A stretch of 32,000 nt of DNA. Source: an uncultured Erysipelotrichaceae bacterium. GTDB lineage: Bacteria > Bacillota_I > Bacilli_A > Erysipelotrichales > Erysipelotrichaceae. Position 1 is the first letter of the stretch. The number at the start of each line of letters is the position of its first letter. The notes below the pieces were generated by a model. It was not told the DNA's origin. It was given only the letters and a program-made list of their open reading frames with translations, and ran no database searches. Below, piece after piece: positions 16,311-24,939 of this stretch. The stretch spans positions 1 to 32,000 of the forward strand of contig CAYWGS010000001.1 of assembly GCA_964457525.1 (NCBI GenBank), written 5' to 3'. Both the position numbers and the translations under genes were made by a program.

Positions 16311-17331
16311 CCCTTATTTACAAACTGAACAATGTGAGAAATGGCTAAGAGAAAAAGCAGCACAAGGTTACTTTATACGTAAGCTAAATTCGGACAGTAT
16401 TTATGTTCAATTTGATCAAGCTGAACCCAAACAGGTTTATTACGCTATTTTCTATGATTCGAGTCGAAAATTTAACACTTCAGAATTTATCGATGTTTTA
16501 TTTGAACAAGGATGGGACTTAGTTGGAAAGAGTAAATCTTACAACCCAATCTACTTATTCATGAATGAGTCAGAACATCCTATACCAATTGAAACGGATC
16601 TATCCGTAATGGAGTTTAAACAAAAGAAATTACTTAAGTCATTTGTATTAAACTTTATTCTTGCGCTAATCGTTATACTTATGAACATGTATACCTGGTA
16701 TAAGGGGATATACAATTACTTCTCAATCCTTATTTATGTCTATCTCAGTTATAGTTACTTTCTTGATTTATTTCGTTTCATCATGATTCGTAAGTCTCAA
16801 GAAATAAAAGATAAAGCAGTAAAAATAATTCGAATTGGACGAAGAGTTGCGGGATTTGTATCCATCATCGCATTTATTCTAATCTCATTAAGATACATGG
16901 AAGTTAAACAAATAAATGTGAATGAGAATAACTTAGTTCATCTTGATAATAAATCGTTAATCAATGAGACGTATACAAAGAGTATGTTTAGTCTTAATCC
17001 AAACTATACATCCTTCTATATTATTGAAAATGACAATAGTTTAAATCAAATTGTATATCAAACAAAATTGAACGTTTCATGGTTAAATCCTACAAACTTT
17101 GAGAAATATGTAAGTGATCAAACACCCTATCTAAAGTATGGAAATCCACAAAAATATGATCGTATTGAAAGTGATTTGGACCAGTTTGATGACATAATCA
17201 TGTACCAATCAGAAAATAAACAAGAATTTTATACATTTATTCAGTTAAACAAGGTAATTTATACACTACATACGATTAATCTAAATCAAGATGAACATCA
17301 AAAGTTATTATTAGAATTAGGGGAAAAGTAA
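16288..17331 (+). CDS. DUF2812-type membrane protein (the usual PadR partner) with a C-terminal extracellular extension
   Basis: YDPYLQTEQCEKWLREKAAQGYFIRKLN is the DUF2812 N-terminal signature, and there are central TM helices. I prefer ATG 16288 (GGAGG RBS), which overlaps the padR 3' end. Confidence 0.7.
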   Translation: MLEVLKYDPYLQTEQCEKWLREKAAQGYFIRKLNSDSIYVQFDQAEPKQVYYAIFYDSSRKFNTSEFIDVLFEQGWDLVGKSKSYNPIYLFMNESEHPIPIETDLSVMEFKQKKLLKSFVLNFILALIVILMNMYTWYKGIYNYFSILIYVYLSYSYFLDLFRFIMIRKSQEIKDKAVKIIRIGRRVAGFVSIIAFILISLRYMEVKQINVNENNLVHLDNKSLINETYTKSMFSLNPNYTSFYIIENDNSLNQIVYQTKLNVSWLNPTNFEKYVSDQTPYLKYGNPQKYDRIESDLDQFDDIIMYQSENKQEFYTFIQLNKVIYTLHTINLNQDEHQKLLLELGEK

Positions 17332-17964
17332 ATGAGACAAACAATTAATATTGTGCTTGTTGTGATTATGTCATTTATCTTGAGTTCAACACGTTTCTTT
17401 AATACCAATGTCTATGATGTGACTACGGGTAGAGATTATAATTTGAAATATCAAATACGACCTACAACAGATTCATTTCTTAATACGGATAGTCCTTGGT
17501 CATCCATTGATTTTACCCCGGTAGAATATGATATGAGTTGCTTGATTTCTCGTGATCGATGGATGAGTAATAACTTAGTAGATGAATCAAATAAGAAGAT
17601 AATCTGGAGTCGTGTTTATGAATACGATCACAACAATTGCCCGCCACAAGTACTTCCGAGCATCTATGAACAAGTAAATATTATGGTGAGTGATAATCCG
17701 ATGGCGGGATATCCAAGCTATACTAATTTCAAAGAAGAGAGTACATATATCAGTGATTTAGGGATACCAGTATGGCTTGATTATGATAATGAAAATTTTA
17801 CCAATCAAGGTAAGATGTATACCTATAAAAAATATAAGTATAGCTTTATCATTGATCAACACTATTTCTTTATGGATACGGTAACAATGAACTCAGATTG
17901 GCCTATTGAGTATCTTCTGGATACAGTGGATCATGTCTACGAACAAATCAATCAATCTAAATAA
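17332..17964 (+). CDS. Membrane-anchored or secreted hypothetical protein
   Basis: 210 aa with an N-terminal hydrophobic segment INIVLVVIMSFILSS. The ATG directly abuts the preceding TAA. No family recognised. Confidence 0.55.
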   Translation: MRQTINIVLVVIMSFILSSTRFFNTNVYDVTTGRDYNLKYQIRPTTDSFLNTDSPWSSIDFTPVEYDMSCLISRDRWMSNNLVDESNKKIIWSRVYEYDHNNCPPQVLPSIYEQVNIMVSDNPMAGYPSYTNFKEESTYISDLGIPVWLDYDNENFTNQGKMYTYKKYKYSFIIDQHYFFMDTVTMNSDWPIEYLLDTVDHVYEQINQSK

Positions 17965-17991
17965 CATTACCTTTGAGTAATGTTATTTATT
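17962..17991 (+). terminator. Rho-independent terminator
   Basis: TAACATTAC (17962-17970), a 6-nt loop, GTAATGTTA (17977-17985), then TTTATT. Confidence 0.5.
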
Positions 17992-18035
17992 GTAAAGAGA
18001 AAAAGTGATAAAGTAGTAAAAAGAGGATACTGTAT

Positions 18036-19694
18036 ATGACAAAAGTAACACGAAGTCGATTGACTACAAGTGCTTTATTGATTTTGCTTATTGTCTTTTT
18101 TTATTTCGTTAGTCAAATCGACACTCGAGAAGATTTTTCGTTACGGTCACATAATGCATACGAGTTAAATGAAGGGTGGACAGTTACTTATGATGACGAA
18201 ACATTAAGTAATATTTCCCTTCCTTATGACCTCAATTTGAAACCTAGTACGAAATACAGTATTCGTACTGAATTACCTAATCTTGAACCGGATCGAAATA
18301 CACTACTAATACGGTCATCCATGCAAGATATGTGGGTCTATCTCGATAATAAATTGATTTATGAACAGATTAAACCTGAGAAAGGATTAATCGATACACC
18401 ATCCGCAAGTGTTTGGTTAACTGTAAATTTACCTGTTAATTATCAAGGTAAAGAATTAAGAATTGATATTAGTTCACCGATATCATCCTTTTCTGGAGTC
18501 ATTAATTCCATTAAATTAGATTCCAAAGATGTCTTATTATTCGGTTTAATAGAGGAACAACTTTTCGGATTAGTTGTGATTAGTTTGCTTCTATTTACAG
18601 GAGCAGGATTGATTCTTTTATCGCTTTTCCTAAAAATAAGTGAAGATTCAAGAATATTGTACTTAGGCTTTGTGGCCTTTACTACCAGTTTATGGTTATT
18701 GGCAGAAAGTCGATTATTGCAATTCATAACAGGTAACCGATTTATATTAGGTTCTTTTGCGTATATTATGATTCCACTCATGTCAATTTTCTTTGCGCTT
18801 TATGTTAGAGAAGCAGTAATTACAGATAAACGATTTAAAAAATATATCTCGTATTTTGTCTATGTTATGCAAGTATCTATCTTGTTAAGTATTCTTTTAC
18901 AGGTTTTAGGGATACAATCATATATTCAAAGTATGAATTATGAGTTAATAATGATTTTGATTGGAGCGATAACTGCGTGTGGATTTATGATTGTGGAAGT
19001 AAGAAATTATCAAAATTTAACCGCAAAGCGATTAGCTAAATTTACAATTGTATTATTGGTCAGCTTACTCTTGGAAGTTGTGTCTTTCTACTTAGGGACA
19101 TTTCAATTTACCTCTTCTTTCTTAAGAGTAGGTAGTTTTATCTTCTTCTTATTACTCACAATCGATACGATCAGTTATGTTCGTGAAAGTATGCAACAAA
19201 GAAGTGAAACTGCTTTACTCGAAAAGTTAGCATATAAGGATTTCTTAACAGGTGGGTTAAACCGGACTTCGTATGAGAAAGGCCTTGAAAAGAGAATTGA
19301 TTCTAAACAAAGTTTTAGACTTAATTTGATGGATTTAAACTATCTAAAGTACATAAATGATAACTTTGGTCATAATGTAGGGGATGAAGCGATCAAACAT
19401 GTTTATGAATCTCTCGAGTTAGCTTTCAAGGATATTGGAACATGTTATCGAATTGGTGGGGATGAATTTTCAGTTATTATGGATAATATTGATCCTATCA
19501 TCAATCAAGAAGCGATCAATCGATTTAATCAATTGTTAGATGAAATCAATCAAACCTTTGTATTCCAACTTGAAGTCGCAATTGGTACAGATATTTATAT
19601 GGTAGACAAGTGGGAACAATTCTCCAAGTTCTATCATCATGTGGATCAAAAAATGTACGAAGATAAAACAAAAATAAAATCAGCGAAGAGCTGA
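18036..19694 (+). CDS. Diguanylate cyclase: 7TMR-DISMED2-like extracellular domain, seven TM segments and a GGDEF domain
   Basis: 552 aa with a signal anchor. LNEGWTVTYDD...LLIRSSMQDMWVYLDNKLIYE is DISMED2-like. Seven hydrophobic helices follow. The C-terminal FLTGGLNR...GHNVGDEAIK...YRIGGDEFSVIM has an intact GGDEF. Confidence 0.85.
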   Translation: MTKVTRSRLTTSALLILLIVFFYFVSQIDTREDFSLRSHNAYELNEGWTVTYDDETLSNISLPYDLNLKPSTKYSIRTELPNLEPDRNTLLIRSSMQDMWVYLDNKLIYEQIKPEKGLIDTPSASVWLTVNLPVNYQGKELRIDISSPISSFSGVINSIKLDSKDVLLFGLIEEQLFGLVVISLLLFTGAGLILLSLFLKISEDSRILYLGFVAFTTSLWLLAESRLLQFITGNRFILGSFAYIMIPLMSIFFALYVREAVITDKRFKKYISYFVYVMQVSILLSILLQVLGIQSYIQSMNYELIMILIGAITACGFMIVEVRNYQNLTAKRLAKFTIVLLVSLLLEVVSFYLGTFQFTSSFLRVGSFIFFLLLTIDTISYVRESMQQRSETALLEKLAYKDFLTGGLNRTSYEKGLEKRIDSKQSFRLNLMDLNYLKYINDNFGHNVGDEAIKHVYESLELAFKDIGTCYRIGGDEFSVIMDNIDPIINQEAINRFNQLLDEINQTFVFQLEVAIGTDIYMVDKWEQFSKFYHHVDQKMYEDKTKIKSAKS

Positions 19695-19701
19695 TTTTAT
19701 T
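19673..19701. terminator. Bidirectional terminator spanning both convergent stop codons
   Basis: 12-bp perfect stem AATAAAATCAGC (19673-19684) / GCTGATTTTATT (19690-19701) with a GAAGA loop. T-rich tracts follow on both strands. Confidence 0.6.
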
Positions 19702-20293
19702 CTTTATTTAACCATTTTTTAACCGCATTCAATTCAGATTCAGAAATACGATGTCCATTGTTTTCCCAATGAAGGGTTACATTCGCATGTGCTTTCGTTA
19801 ATAATTCATTCATTTGAATGCTTTGTTCAGGTGGACATATTGGATCATTCTTACCAGCCCCAATAAATACAGAAACTAAACTTAAGTCTGGTAGTTCTTT
19901 TCTAATTGGAACCATTGGATGAAGTAGAATTGCTTTACTAAAACCATCCGCATAGTGAAATAGAATACTTGCCGCAATATTTGCGCCATTGGAGTAACCG
20001 AGAGCCACAACCTTAGTACGATCAAACCCATAATCTATCGCAGCTTGATCGACAAATTCTTTTAATTGATGCGTACGATAAACGAGATCTTCCTCATCAA
20101 ATACACCTTCCGCAAGTCGTTTAAAGAATCGATTCATACCATTTTCTTGGACTTCACCACGAACACTTAATACATTGTAGTTGGGTTGAATAAAATGAGC
20201 GAGAGCGAGTAGATCTTTCTCATCTCCTCCTGTACCGTGAAGTAATAAAAAGGTAGGATTACTTAGATTTTCTTTATGAAAAATATGTTTCAT
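19697..20293 (-). CDS. Phospholipase/carboxylesterase-family alpha/beta hydrolase (MhqD-like)
   Basis: 198 aa. FLLLHGTGGDEKDLL and the nucleophile elbow GYSNGA. The ATGA start overlaps the MarR stop. Confidence 0.8.
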   Translation of the reverse strand: MKHIFHKENLSNPTFLLLHGTGGDEKDLLALAHFIQPNYNVLSVRGEVQENGMNRFFKRLAEGVFDEEDLVYRTHQLKEFVDQAAIDYGFDRTKVVALGYSNGANIAASILFHYADGFSKAILLHPMVPIRKELPDLSLVSVFIGAGKNDPICPPEQSIQMNELLTKAHANVTLHWENNGHRISESELNAVKKWLNKE

Positions 20294-20706
20294 TCTTGTT
20301 TACCTAGTTTCTTTAATAGCGTTTGTAAATCACTTTCTTGGTCATGACTTAATATATCAATAACAGACCGTAAACGAGCCACATGTTTAGGATAGATTTC
20401 ACTCATCAATGCTTTTCCTGATTCAGTTAAATGTACAAAGTGAATCCGTTTATCCTCAGTGTTCTTTACCTTAACAATATAGTTCTTCTTGATTAAATTC
20501 TCAATCACATAGCTCATACTCGATGATGCGATTAAAACCTTCTCACAAATCGATTGAACAGGTAAGGGACCTTTATGATAAAGTACTTCAAGTGCACCAA
20601 ATTCAGAAGGATTTAAACCATACTGTGATACATCCTCCGCAATGATCTTTTCAATTTGATTGGTTGCACGAAAGAGAATTGTAATGGTCTTAAGATCGTT
20701 CGTCAT
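20290..20706 (-). CDS. MarR-family transcriptional regulator (MhqR-like by context)
   Basis: LNPSEFGALEVLYHKGPLPVQSICEKVLIASSSMSYVIENLIKKNYIVKV...DKRIHFVHLTESG is a MarR wHTH. I prefer ATG 20706 (MTNDLK...) because the ORF-track extension to 20751 overlaps the dioxygenase C-terminus. Confidence 0.8.
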   Translation of the reverse strand: MTNDLKTITILFRATNQIEKIIAEDVSQYGLNPSEFGALEVLYHKGPLPVQSICEKVLIASSSMSYVIENLIKKNYIVKVKNTEDKRIHFVHLTESGKALMSEIYPKHVARLRSVIDILSHDQESDLQTLLKKLGKQE

Positions 20707-21691
20707 TGAAGTATTCCTTCTTAAATTCTTTTGTACTTCTAACGGTATCAATTGGTCTAACTAGGGATTCAATACGTTCTCTTTGATTTCTGAATTTTGG
20801 AGGTAATGCTAACTTCTCACCTAAGATTTCATATGGTTCTTCATCATCAATGAATCCAGGTCCTTCCGTCGCATATTCAAACAAGATTCCAGGATATAAA
20901 CGAGTATATAAGGATTTAAAATAGAAACGATCCACAAATCCTGAATGACCTGCTTTATACGAATTCAAATGTCTAATCCATGCATCGATATCTTCACGAT
21001 CATCCACCCTAAATGCAACATGGTGTACGCCACCATAACCTTGATAAGCATTTGGTAATAAAGGTTGATAATCTAGGATAACGGATGCGCCATTACCACC
21101 TAAACCCATTTCAAATAAAGTATATTGATTTTGTTTACTGGAATAACGCATTCCCATAATTTCTTCTAAGATACGTTTCATATTTTCAATATTCTTAACT
21201 CTAAAGAAAATAGGACCTAATCCAGTAATGCCATACTCAACAGGTACGGGTCCATTTAACCATGGTGTTCCTGATCCAATACCCTCATTATTTTCATCTG
21301 AGAAGAGGGCGTATTCTTGATCATCAAAGTCATAGAAGAATAAGACTTTCTTGTTGAATAATTCAGTAATCGGTTCAAAACGAACGTTATAATGTTTAAA
21401 ACGTTTAACCCAATATTCTAACGCTTCATCATCCTTTACACGTAAGCCAATTCTTGAGATTTCATCCGTTCCACGAATTGCTTTGTTTATTCCATTGAAA
21501 TCAAAGAAAGTCACATCTGTACCAGCATTCCCACGATCATCCGCGAAGAAAAGGTGGTAGGTATTGATATCATCTTGGTTGATGGTTTTCTTAACCAATC
21601 GCATCCCTAAGATATTTGTAAAAAATTCATAATTTTTCTCTGCGCTGCTCGTAATGGCAGTCACATGATGTATTCCGTTTAATTGTTTCAT
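20690..21691 (-). CDS. Ring-cleaving dioxygenase / glyoxalase (VOC) family protein (MhqA/MhqO-like)
   Basis: MKQLNGIHHVTAITSSAEKNYEFFTNILGMRLVKKTINQDD...YHLFF...GGVHHVAFRV is the duplicated VOC module typical of Mhq-type dioxygenases. I prefer ATG 21691, which has an AAGGAG RBS. Confidence 0.8.
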   Translation of the reverse strand: MKQLNGIHHVTAITSSAEKNYEFFTNILGMRLVKKTINQDDINTYHLFFADDRGNAGTDVTFFDFNGINKAIRGTDEISRIGLRVKDDEALEYWVKRFKHYNVRFEPITELFNKKVLFFYDFDDQEYALFSDENNEGIGSGTPWLNGPVPVEYGITGLGPIFFRVKNIENMKRILEEIMGMRYSSKQNQYTLFEMGLGGNGASVILDYQPLLPNAYQGYGGVHHVAFRVDDREDIDAWIRHLNSYKAGHSGFVDRFYFKSLYTRLYPGILFEYATEGPGFIDDEEPYEILGEKLALPPKFRNQRERIESLVRPIDTVRSTKEFKKEYFNDERS

Positions 21692-21717
21692 GTTAGTCTC
21701 CTTTGTAAGATGATTCA

Positions 21718-21746
21718 ATATTAGTTCGAATTCGAACTATTATCAA
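21718..21746 (-). promoter_or_regulatory. Promoter of the dioxygenase-marR-hydrolase operon
   Basis: On the minus strand: TTGATA (21746-21741), a 17-nt spacer, then TAATAT (21723-21718). Confidence 0.55.
21722..21739. promoter_or_regulatory. Perfect 18-bp palindromic operator TAGTTCGAATTCGAACTA
   Basis: A 9+9 inverted repeat that occupies the -35/-10 spacer of the promoter above. The operon it controls encodes a MarR protein. Confidence 0.6.
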
Positions 21747-21837
21747 TTAATATGCTCACAAAGAGAATGAACTTGTTTCATCTTGACGCAAAAGGTATTA
21801 TTTGAATAAGGAATAAACCAGAAGGGATAACGATACG

Positions 21838-22368
21838 ATGAATCGAAATCATGCATTGGTTTATGGATTTACTCCAGATGAAATAGCTCAATTGAATGTT
21901 CATCTTACTAAGAAAAATTATTTGATTAAGGAATGTAATGAGGAAAATATTAATCATCCTGATTATTCGCTTATACTAATCAAAAATACAATCAATCCAA
22001 AGATTGAACTGTATTTAAAAGAAATTGAAGGAAATTTAGTTGAGATTCGTTTGATTGGATTAAATTGGAAACTTGTATCAAAAAACTTTAAAGAATATTT
22101 AAGTTTTGATGATTATCTCAGAGTGATTGATTATGATTTGGATAAGATTGAAGAAAGTAAAAAATCGATCCAACAAAAAGTAAACAATTTCGAAAAGATT
22201 ATTCGTATTTACTCAATCTTAAAGAAACATAAATCATTATCACTCATAACGTTAGAAAAATTATCAGGATACAAAAAGTTAGAAATAAGACGTTATATTG
22301 AGGTTCTACAATGGATGAATGAACCGATTAAGTATGACTTTGATCTTAATGTTTGGGAATATGAGTAA
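21838..22368 (+). CDS. Hypothetical protein with a C-terminal winged-helix (HTH_11/DeoR-N-like) segment
   Basis: 176 aa. The C-terminal IIRIYSILKKHKSLSLITLEKLSGYKKLEIRRYIEVLQWMNEPIKYD looks like a wHTH. The N-terminal domain is unrecognised and the RBS (GAAGGG) is weak. Confidence 0.5.
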   Translation: MNRNHALVYGFTPDEIAQLNVHLTKKNYLIKECNEENINHPDYSLILIKNTINPKIELYLKEIEGNLVEIRLIGLNWKLVSKNFKEYLSFDDYLRVIDYDLDKIEESKKSIQQKVNNFEKIIRIYSILKKHKSLSLITLEKLSGYKKLEIRRYIEVLQWMNEPIKYDFDLNVWEYE

Positions 22369-22390
22369 AATCAATGCATCAAAACCATTC

Positions 22391-22816
22391 TTATTTTAAG
22401 TTAAATAAGCCCATTCCTTGTTCAGAATCAATAGGAAGTGAAGAATGTTCATGAACAATCCTCCACTCATCATTTATTCGTTTTAATCCAAATGTAAAAC
22501 GATTTGTTACATGCCTGAACTCAGCATTTAGTGTATTAAATTCTGAGAATCTAATAGAGGTATGAATAAATGCGATATCAGAATTTTCAAAGATACTAGT
22601 ATCATTAAAAGTTACTTTTAAAGTTGATGAGTCATTTTTCAAACCATTAAACCAGTTTTCTATTATTTTTCTCCACTCTGATTTAGATTTTATCTCCCAA
22701 ACATTCCAACTATCAAAAATATGAACGGAATCGTCGTATAAACTCATGAATTGATGACTATTTTGGTTTAAGACTGAAGCGGCATAATGATCTAAACAAT
22801 CTTGAATCGTTTTCAT
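22391..22816 (-). CDS. NTF2-like (SnoaL/DUF4440-type) small protein
   Basis: 141 aa. The size and the pattern (YAASVLNQNSHQFMSLYDDSVHIFD...WRIVHEHSS) fit NTF2-fold proteins. An AGAGG RBS is present. Confidence 0.5.
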   Translation of the reverse strand: MKTIQDCLDHYAASVLNQNSHQFMSLYDDSVHIFDSWNVWEIKSKSEWRKIIENWFNGLKNDSSTLKVTFNDTSIFENSDIAFIHTSIRFSEFNTLNAEFRHVTNRFTFGLKRINDEWRIVHEHSSLPIDSEQGMGLFNLK

Positions 22817-22884
22817 AGTTTACCTCTTTTGATTATAGTTTAGTAAAGAAGGACTAATACATCTATTTTAATGCTCAGATTATT

Positions 22885-22919
22885 AAAAGAGACATGCTTA
22901 TTTGGTACATGTCTCTTTT
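22885..22919 (-). terminator. Rho-independent terminator downstream of the dehydrogenase gene
   Basis: 12-bp stem AAAAGAGACATG (22885-22896) / CATGTCTCTTTT (22908-22919) with an 11-nt loop. U-runs are available on both strands. Confidence 0.7.
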
Positions 22920-22922
22920 GAT

Positions 22923-23858
22923 TTATTTATCTTGTTCGAATAGTGTTTTAGCGAGTAAGGTAAACATCTTGTCGCGATAACGGATGACTTCTTCATCTCT
23001 ACCATTTGAGTAGTCGTAGAAACCTGACCCATTCTTAACACCTAATTTATTATTCTCTACACATTCTTTGATTAAACCAAATGGTTCTTTATAGTCGCAT
23101 AGATCAGGGAAGGTATATTTGGAGATATTATTATGAATATCAAGTCCCCCTAAATCACAGATTTCAAATGGACCAAATACTGCATATCTAAAGCCGAGTG
23201 CATACTTCATCACATCATCCACACCTTCAGGGGTTGTTATACCTTCTTGTACGATATAGAGTGCTTCACGAAGGATTGCTTGTTGGAGGCGATTCAATAC
23301 AAAACTTGGCGCATCTTTTACCTTAACCGGTTTCTTTTCAAGTTTGAGCGCGAGTTCATAGACGATATCTACAGTAGAATCACTGGTCAATTGTCCTTGA
23401 ATAACTTCAATTAGGGGAATGATATGTGGAGGGTTCATCCAATGCATACCCGCAAATCGTTCTGGATACATAACAGCTTCCGCAATTTTAGTAATACTTA
23501 ATCCAGAGGTGTTACTACATAAGATTGTATCTTCTCTTACAAGTTCAGATACTTCTTTCCAGAATTTATGCTTAACATCGATGTTCTCAAGAATCGCTTC
23601 AATTAAGAAGTCCACATCTTTAAACGATTGAACATCATTTGAATATGAAATACGTCCTTTTAATTCATTTGATTTTTCTACCGATACAATACCCGATTTA
23701 ATCCATGTTTCTTGGTTAATATCGACAAGTCGTTTTGCCTTATCTAAAGCGGTCTCAAAAATATCATAGACTGTAACCTCATAATTAAACAATGCGAATG
23801 TTTGGGCAATCGAAGCACCCATTGTGCCAGCCCCTGCAATACCTATTTTCTTGATCAT
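22923..23858 (-). CDS. NAD-dependent 3-hydroxyacyl-CoA dehydrogenase family protein (Hbd-like)
   Basis: 311 aa. The N-terminal Rossmann IGIAGAGTMGASIAQTFA, plus SNTSGLSIT, HWMNPPHIIPLIEV and a C-terminal GVKNGSGFYDY. Confidence 0.8.
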   Translation of the reverse strand: MIKKIGIAGAGTMGASIAQTFALFNYEVTVYDIFETALDKAKRLVDINQETWIKSGIVSVEKSNELKGRISYSNDVQSFKDVDFLIEAILENIDVKHKFWKEVSELVREDTILCSNTSGLSITKIAEAVMYPERFAGMHWMNPPHIIPLIEVIQGQLTSDSTVDIVYELALKLEKKPVKVKDAPSFVLNRLQQAILREALYIVQEGITTPEGVDDVMKYALGFRYAVFGPFEICDLGGLDIHNNISKYTFPDLCDYKEPFGLIKECVENNKLGVKNGSGFYDYSNGRDEEVIRYRDKMFTLLAKTLFEQDK

Positions 23859-23870
23859 ATTTTCTCCTTG

Positions 23871-23884
23871 TGTAAGCGCTTAGA
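23871..23884. promoter_or_regulatory. cre-like (CcpA catabolite-responsive element) site
   Basis: TGTAAGCGCTTAGA matches the consensus TGWAANCGNTNWCA at 13 of 14 positions. It lies 13 nt upstream of the Hbd-like start codon. Confidence 0.45.
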
Positions 23885-24018
23885 TTGATTTTAGTCTAAC
23901 AAAGCATCTTGTGAAATTCAATCGATATTGAACAAATGGAGATACTAAAAACTTATAGATGATATAAGAAATGATTATATGGAAACTGTTGAACAATTTA
24001 AATTAAAGACGAGTTACC

Positions 24019-24047
24019 TTGTTTAAAGATGATACAAAGGGTACAAT
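24019..24047 (+). promoter_or_regulatory. Promoter of the hydro-lyase/malic enzyme unit
   Basis: TTGTTT (24019-24024), a 17-nt spacer, then TACAAT (24042-24047). It sits 39 nt upstream of the ATG, which has an AAGGAG RBS. Confidence 0.5.
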
Positions 24048-24085
24048 TTAATCAATAAACGAATAGTTATAGTTAAGGAGAAACC

Positions 24086-24931
24086 ATGCGAACGGTTCAT
24101 ACGAACACAATAAAAGATGCGGTTAAGAACTTATTTATCGAAGCGAATTTTGATATCGGCGAATCGGTATTTAAGGTAATAAAGGATTCCTTACAAAAAG
24201 AGAAATCACAATTAGGTCAATCGGTCTTAGAAAAGATCTATGAGAATAATGAATACGCTAAAAAAGAAAGAATTGCGATTTGTCAGGATACAGGAATGTC
24301 TGTCGTCTTTATTCAAATTGGACAAGAGGTTCATTTTGAAGGAGACTTCATTAATGATGCGATTAACCAAGGCGTAAGAGAAGCGTATGAAGAAGGATAT
24401 CTACGCAAATCAGTCGTAAGAGATCCACTATTTGAACGAGTGAATACCAAAGATAATACACCTGCAGTGATTCATACGAGTTTTATTCCTGGAGATAAAA
24501 TAAAAATTGAAGTCATGCCAAAAGGCTTTGGTAGTGAAAATATGAGCACATTAAAAATGTTTCCACCATCAGCGGGTGTTGAAGGTGTTAAACAGTTTAT
24601 CGTAGAAGCGATTGAAAAAGCAGGTCCGAATGCTTGTCCACCCATGATTGTTGGGGTGGGAATTGGCGGTACCTTTGAATACGCCAGTTATCTAGCGAAG
24701 AAGGCTGTCTTAAGAGGCCCTGATCACAAACATCCTGATTCACGTTATCGTGACTTAGAAGAAGAGATACTAACGAGAGTGAATAAGTCAGGGATTGGAC
24801 CAGCTGGATTAGGTGGACTCACAACTGCATTCGCTGTCAATATCGAAGTTTATCCAACACATATCGCATCGATTCCTGTAGCGATAAATATTAGTTGTCA
24901 CGCATCTCGTCATGCGTCGATTGAAATCTAG
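24086..24931 (+). CDS. Fe-S hydro-lyase, tartrate/fumarate subfamily, alpha subunit (class I fumarase / mesaconase type)
   Basis: 281 aa. ICQDTGM, MPKGFGSENMS and GVGIGGT are conserved blocks of class I fumarate hydratase N-terminal domains. Confidence 0.88.
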   Translation: MRTVHTNTIKDAVKNLFIEANFDIGESVFKVIKDSLQKEKSQLGQSVLEKIYENNEYAKKERIAICQDTGMSVVFIQIGQEVHFEGDFINDAINQGVREAYEEGYLRKSVVRDPLFERVNTKDNTPAVIHTSFIPGDKIKIEVMPKGFGSENMSTLKMFPPSAGVEGVKQFIVEAIEKAGPNACPPMIVGVGIGGTFEYASYLAKKAVLRGPDHKHPDSRYRDLEEEILTRVNKSGIGPAGLGGLTTAFAVNIEVYPTHIASIPVAINISCHASRHASIEI

Positions 24932-24939
24932 GAGAAGTT

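Noticed and set aside
23917-24004. Short inverted repeats in the hbd/fumarase intergenic region: TTCAAT-N4-ATTGAA at 23917-23932 and AATTTAAATT at 23995-24004.
   Set aside because: Six-bp arms and an A/T-only 10-mer are expected by chance in DNA this AT-rich, and there is no second copy or adjacent regulator gene to support them.
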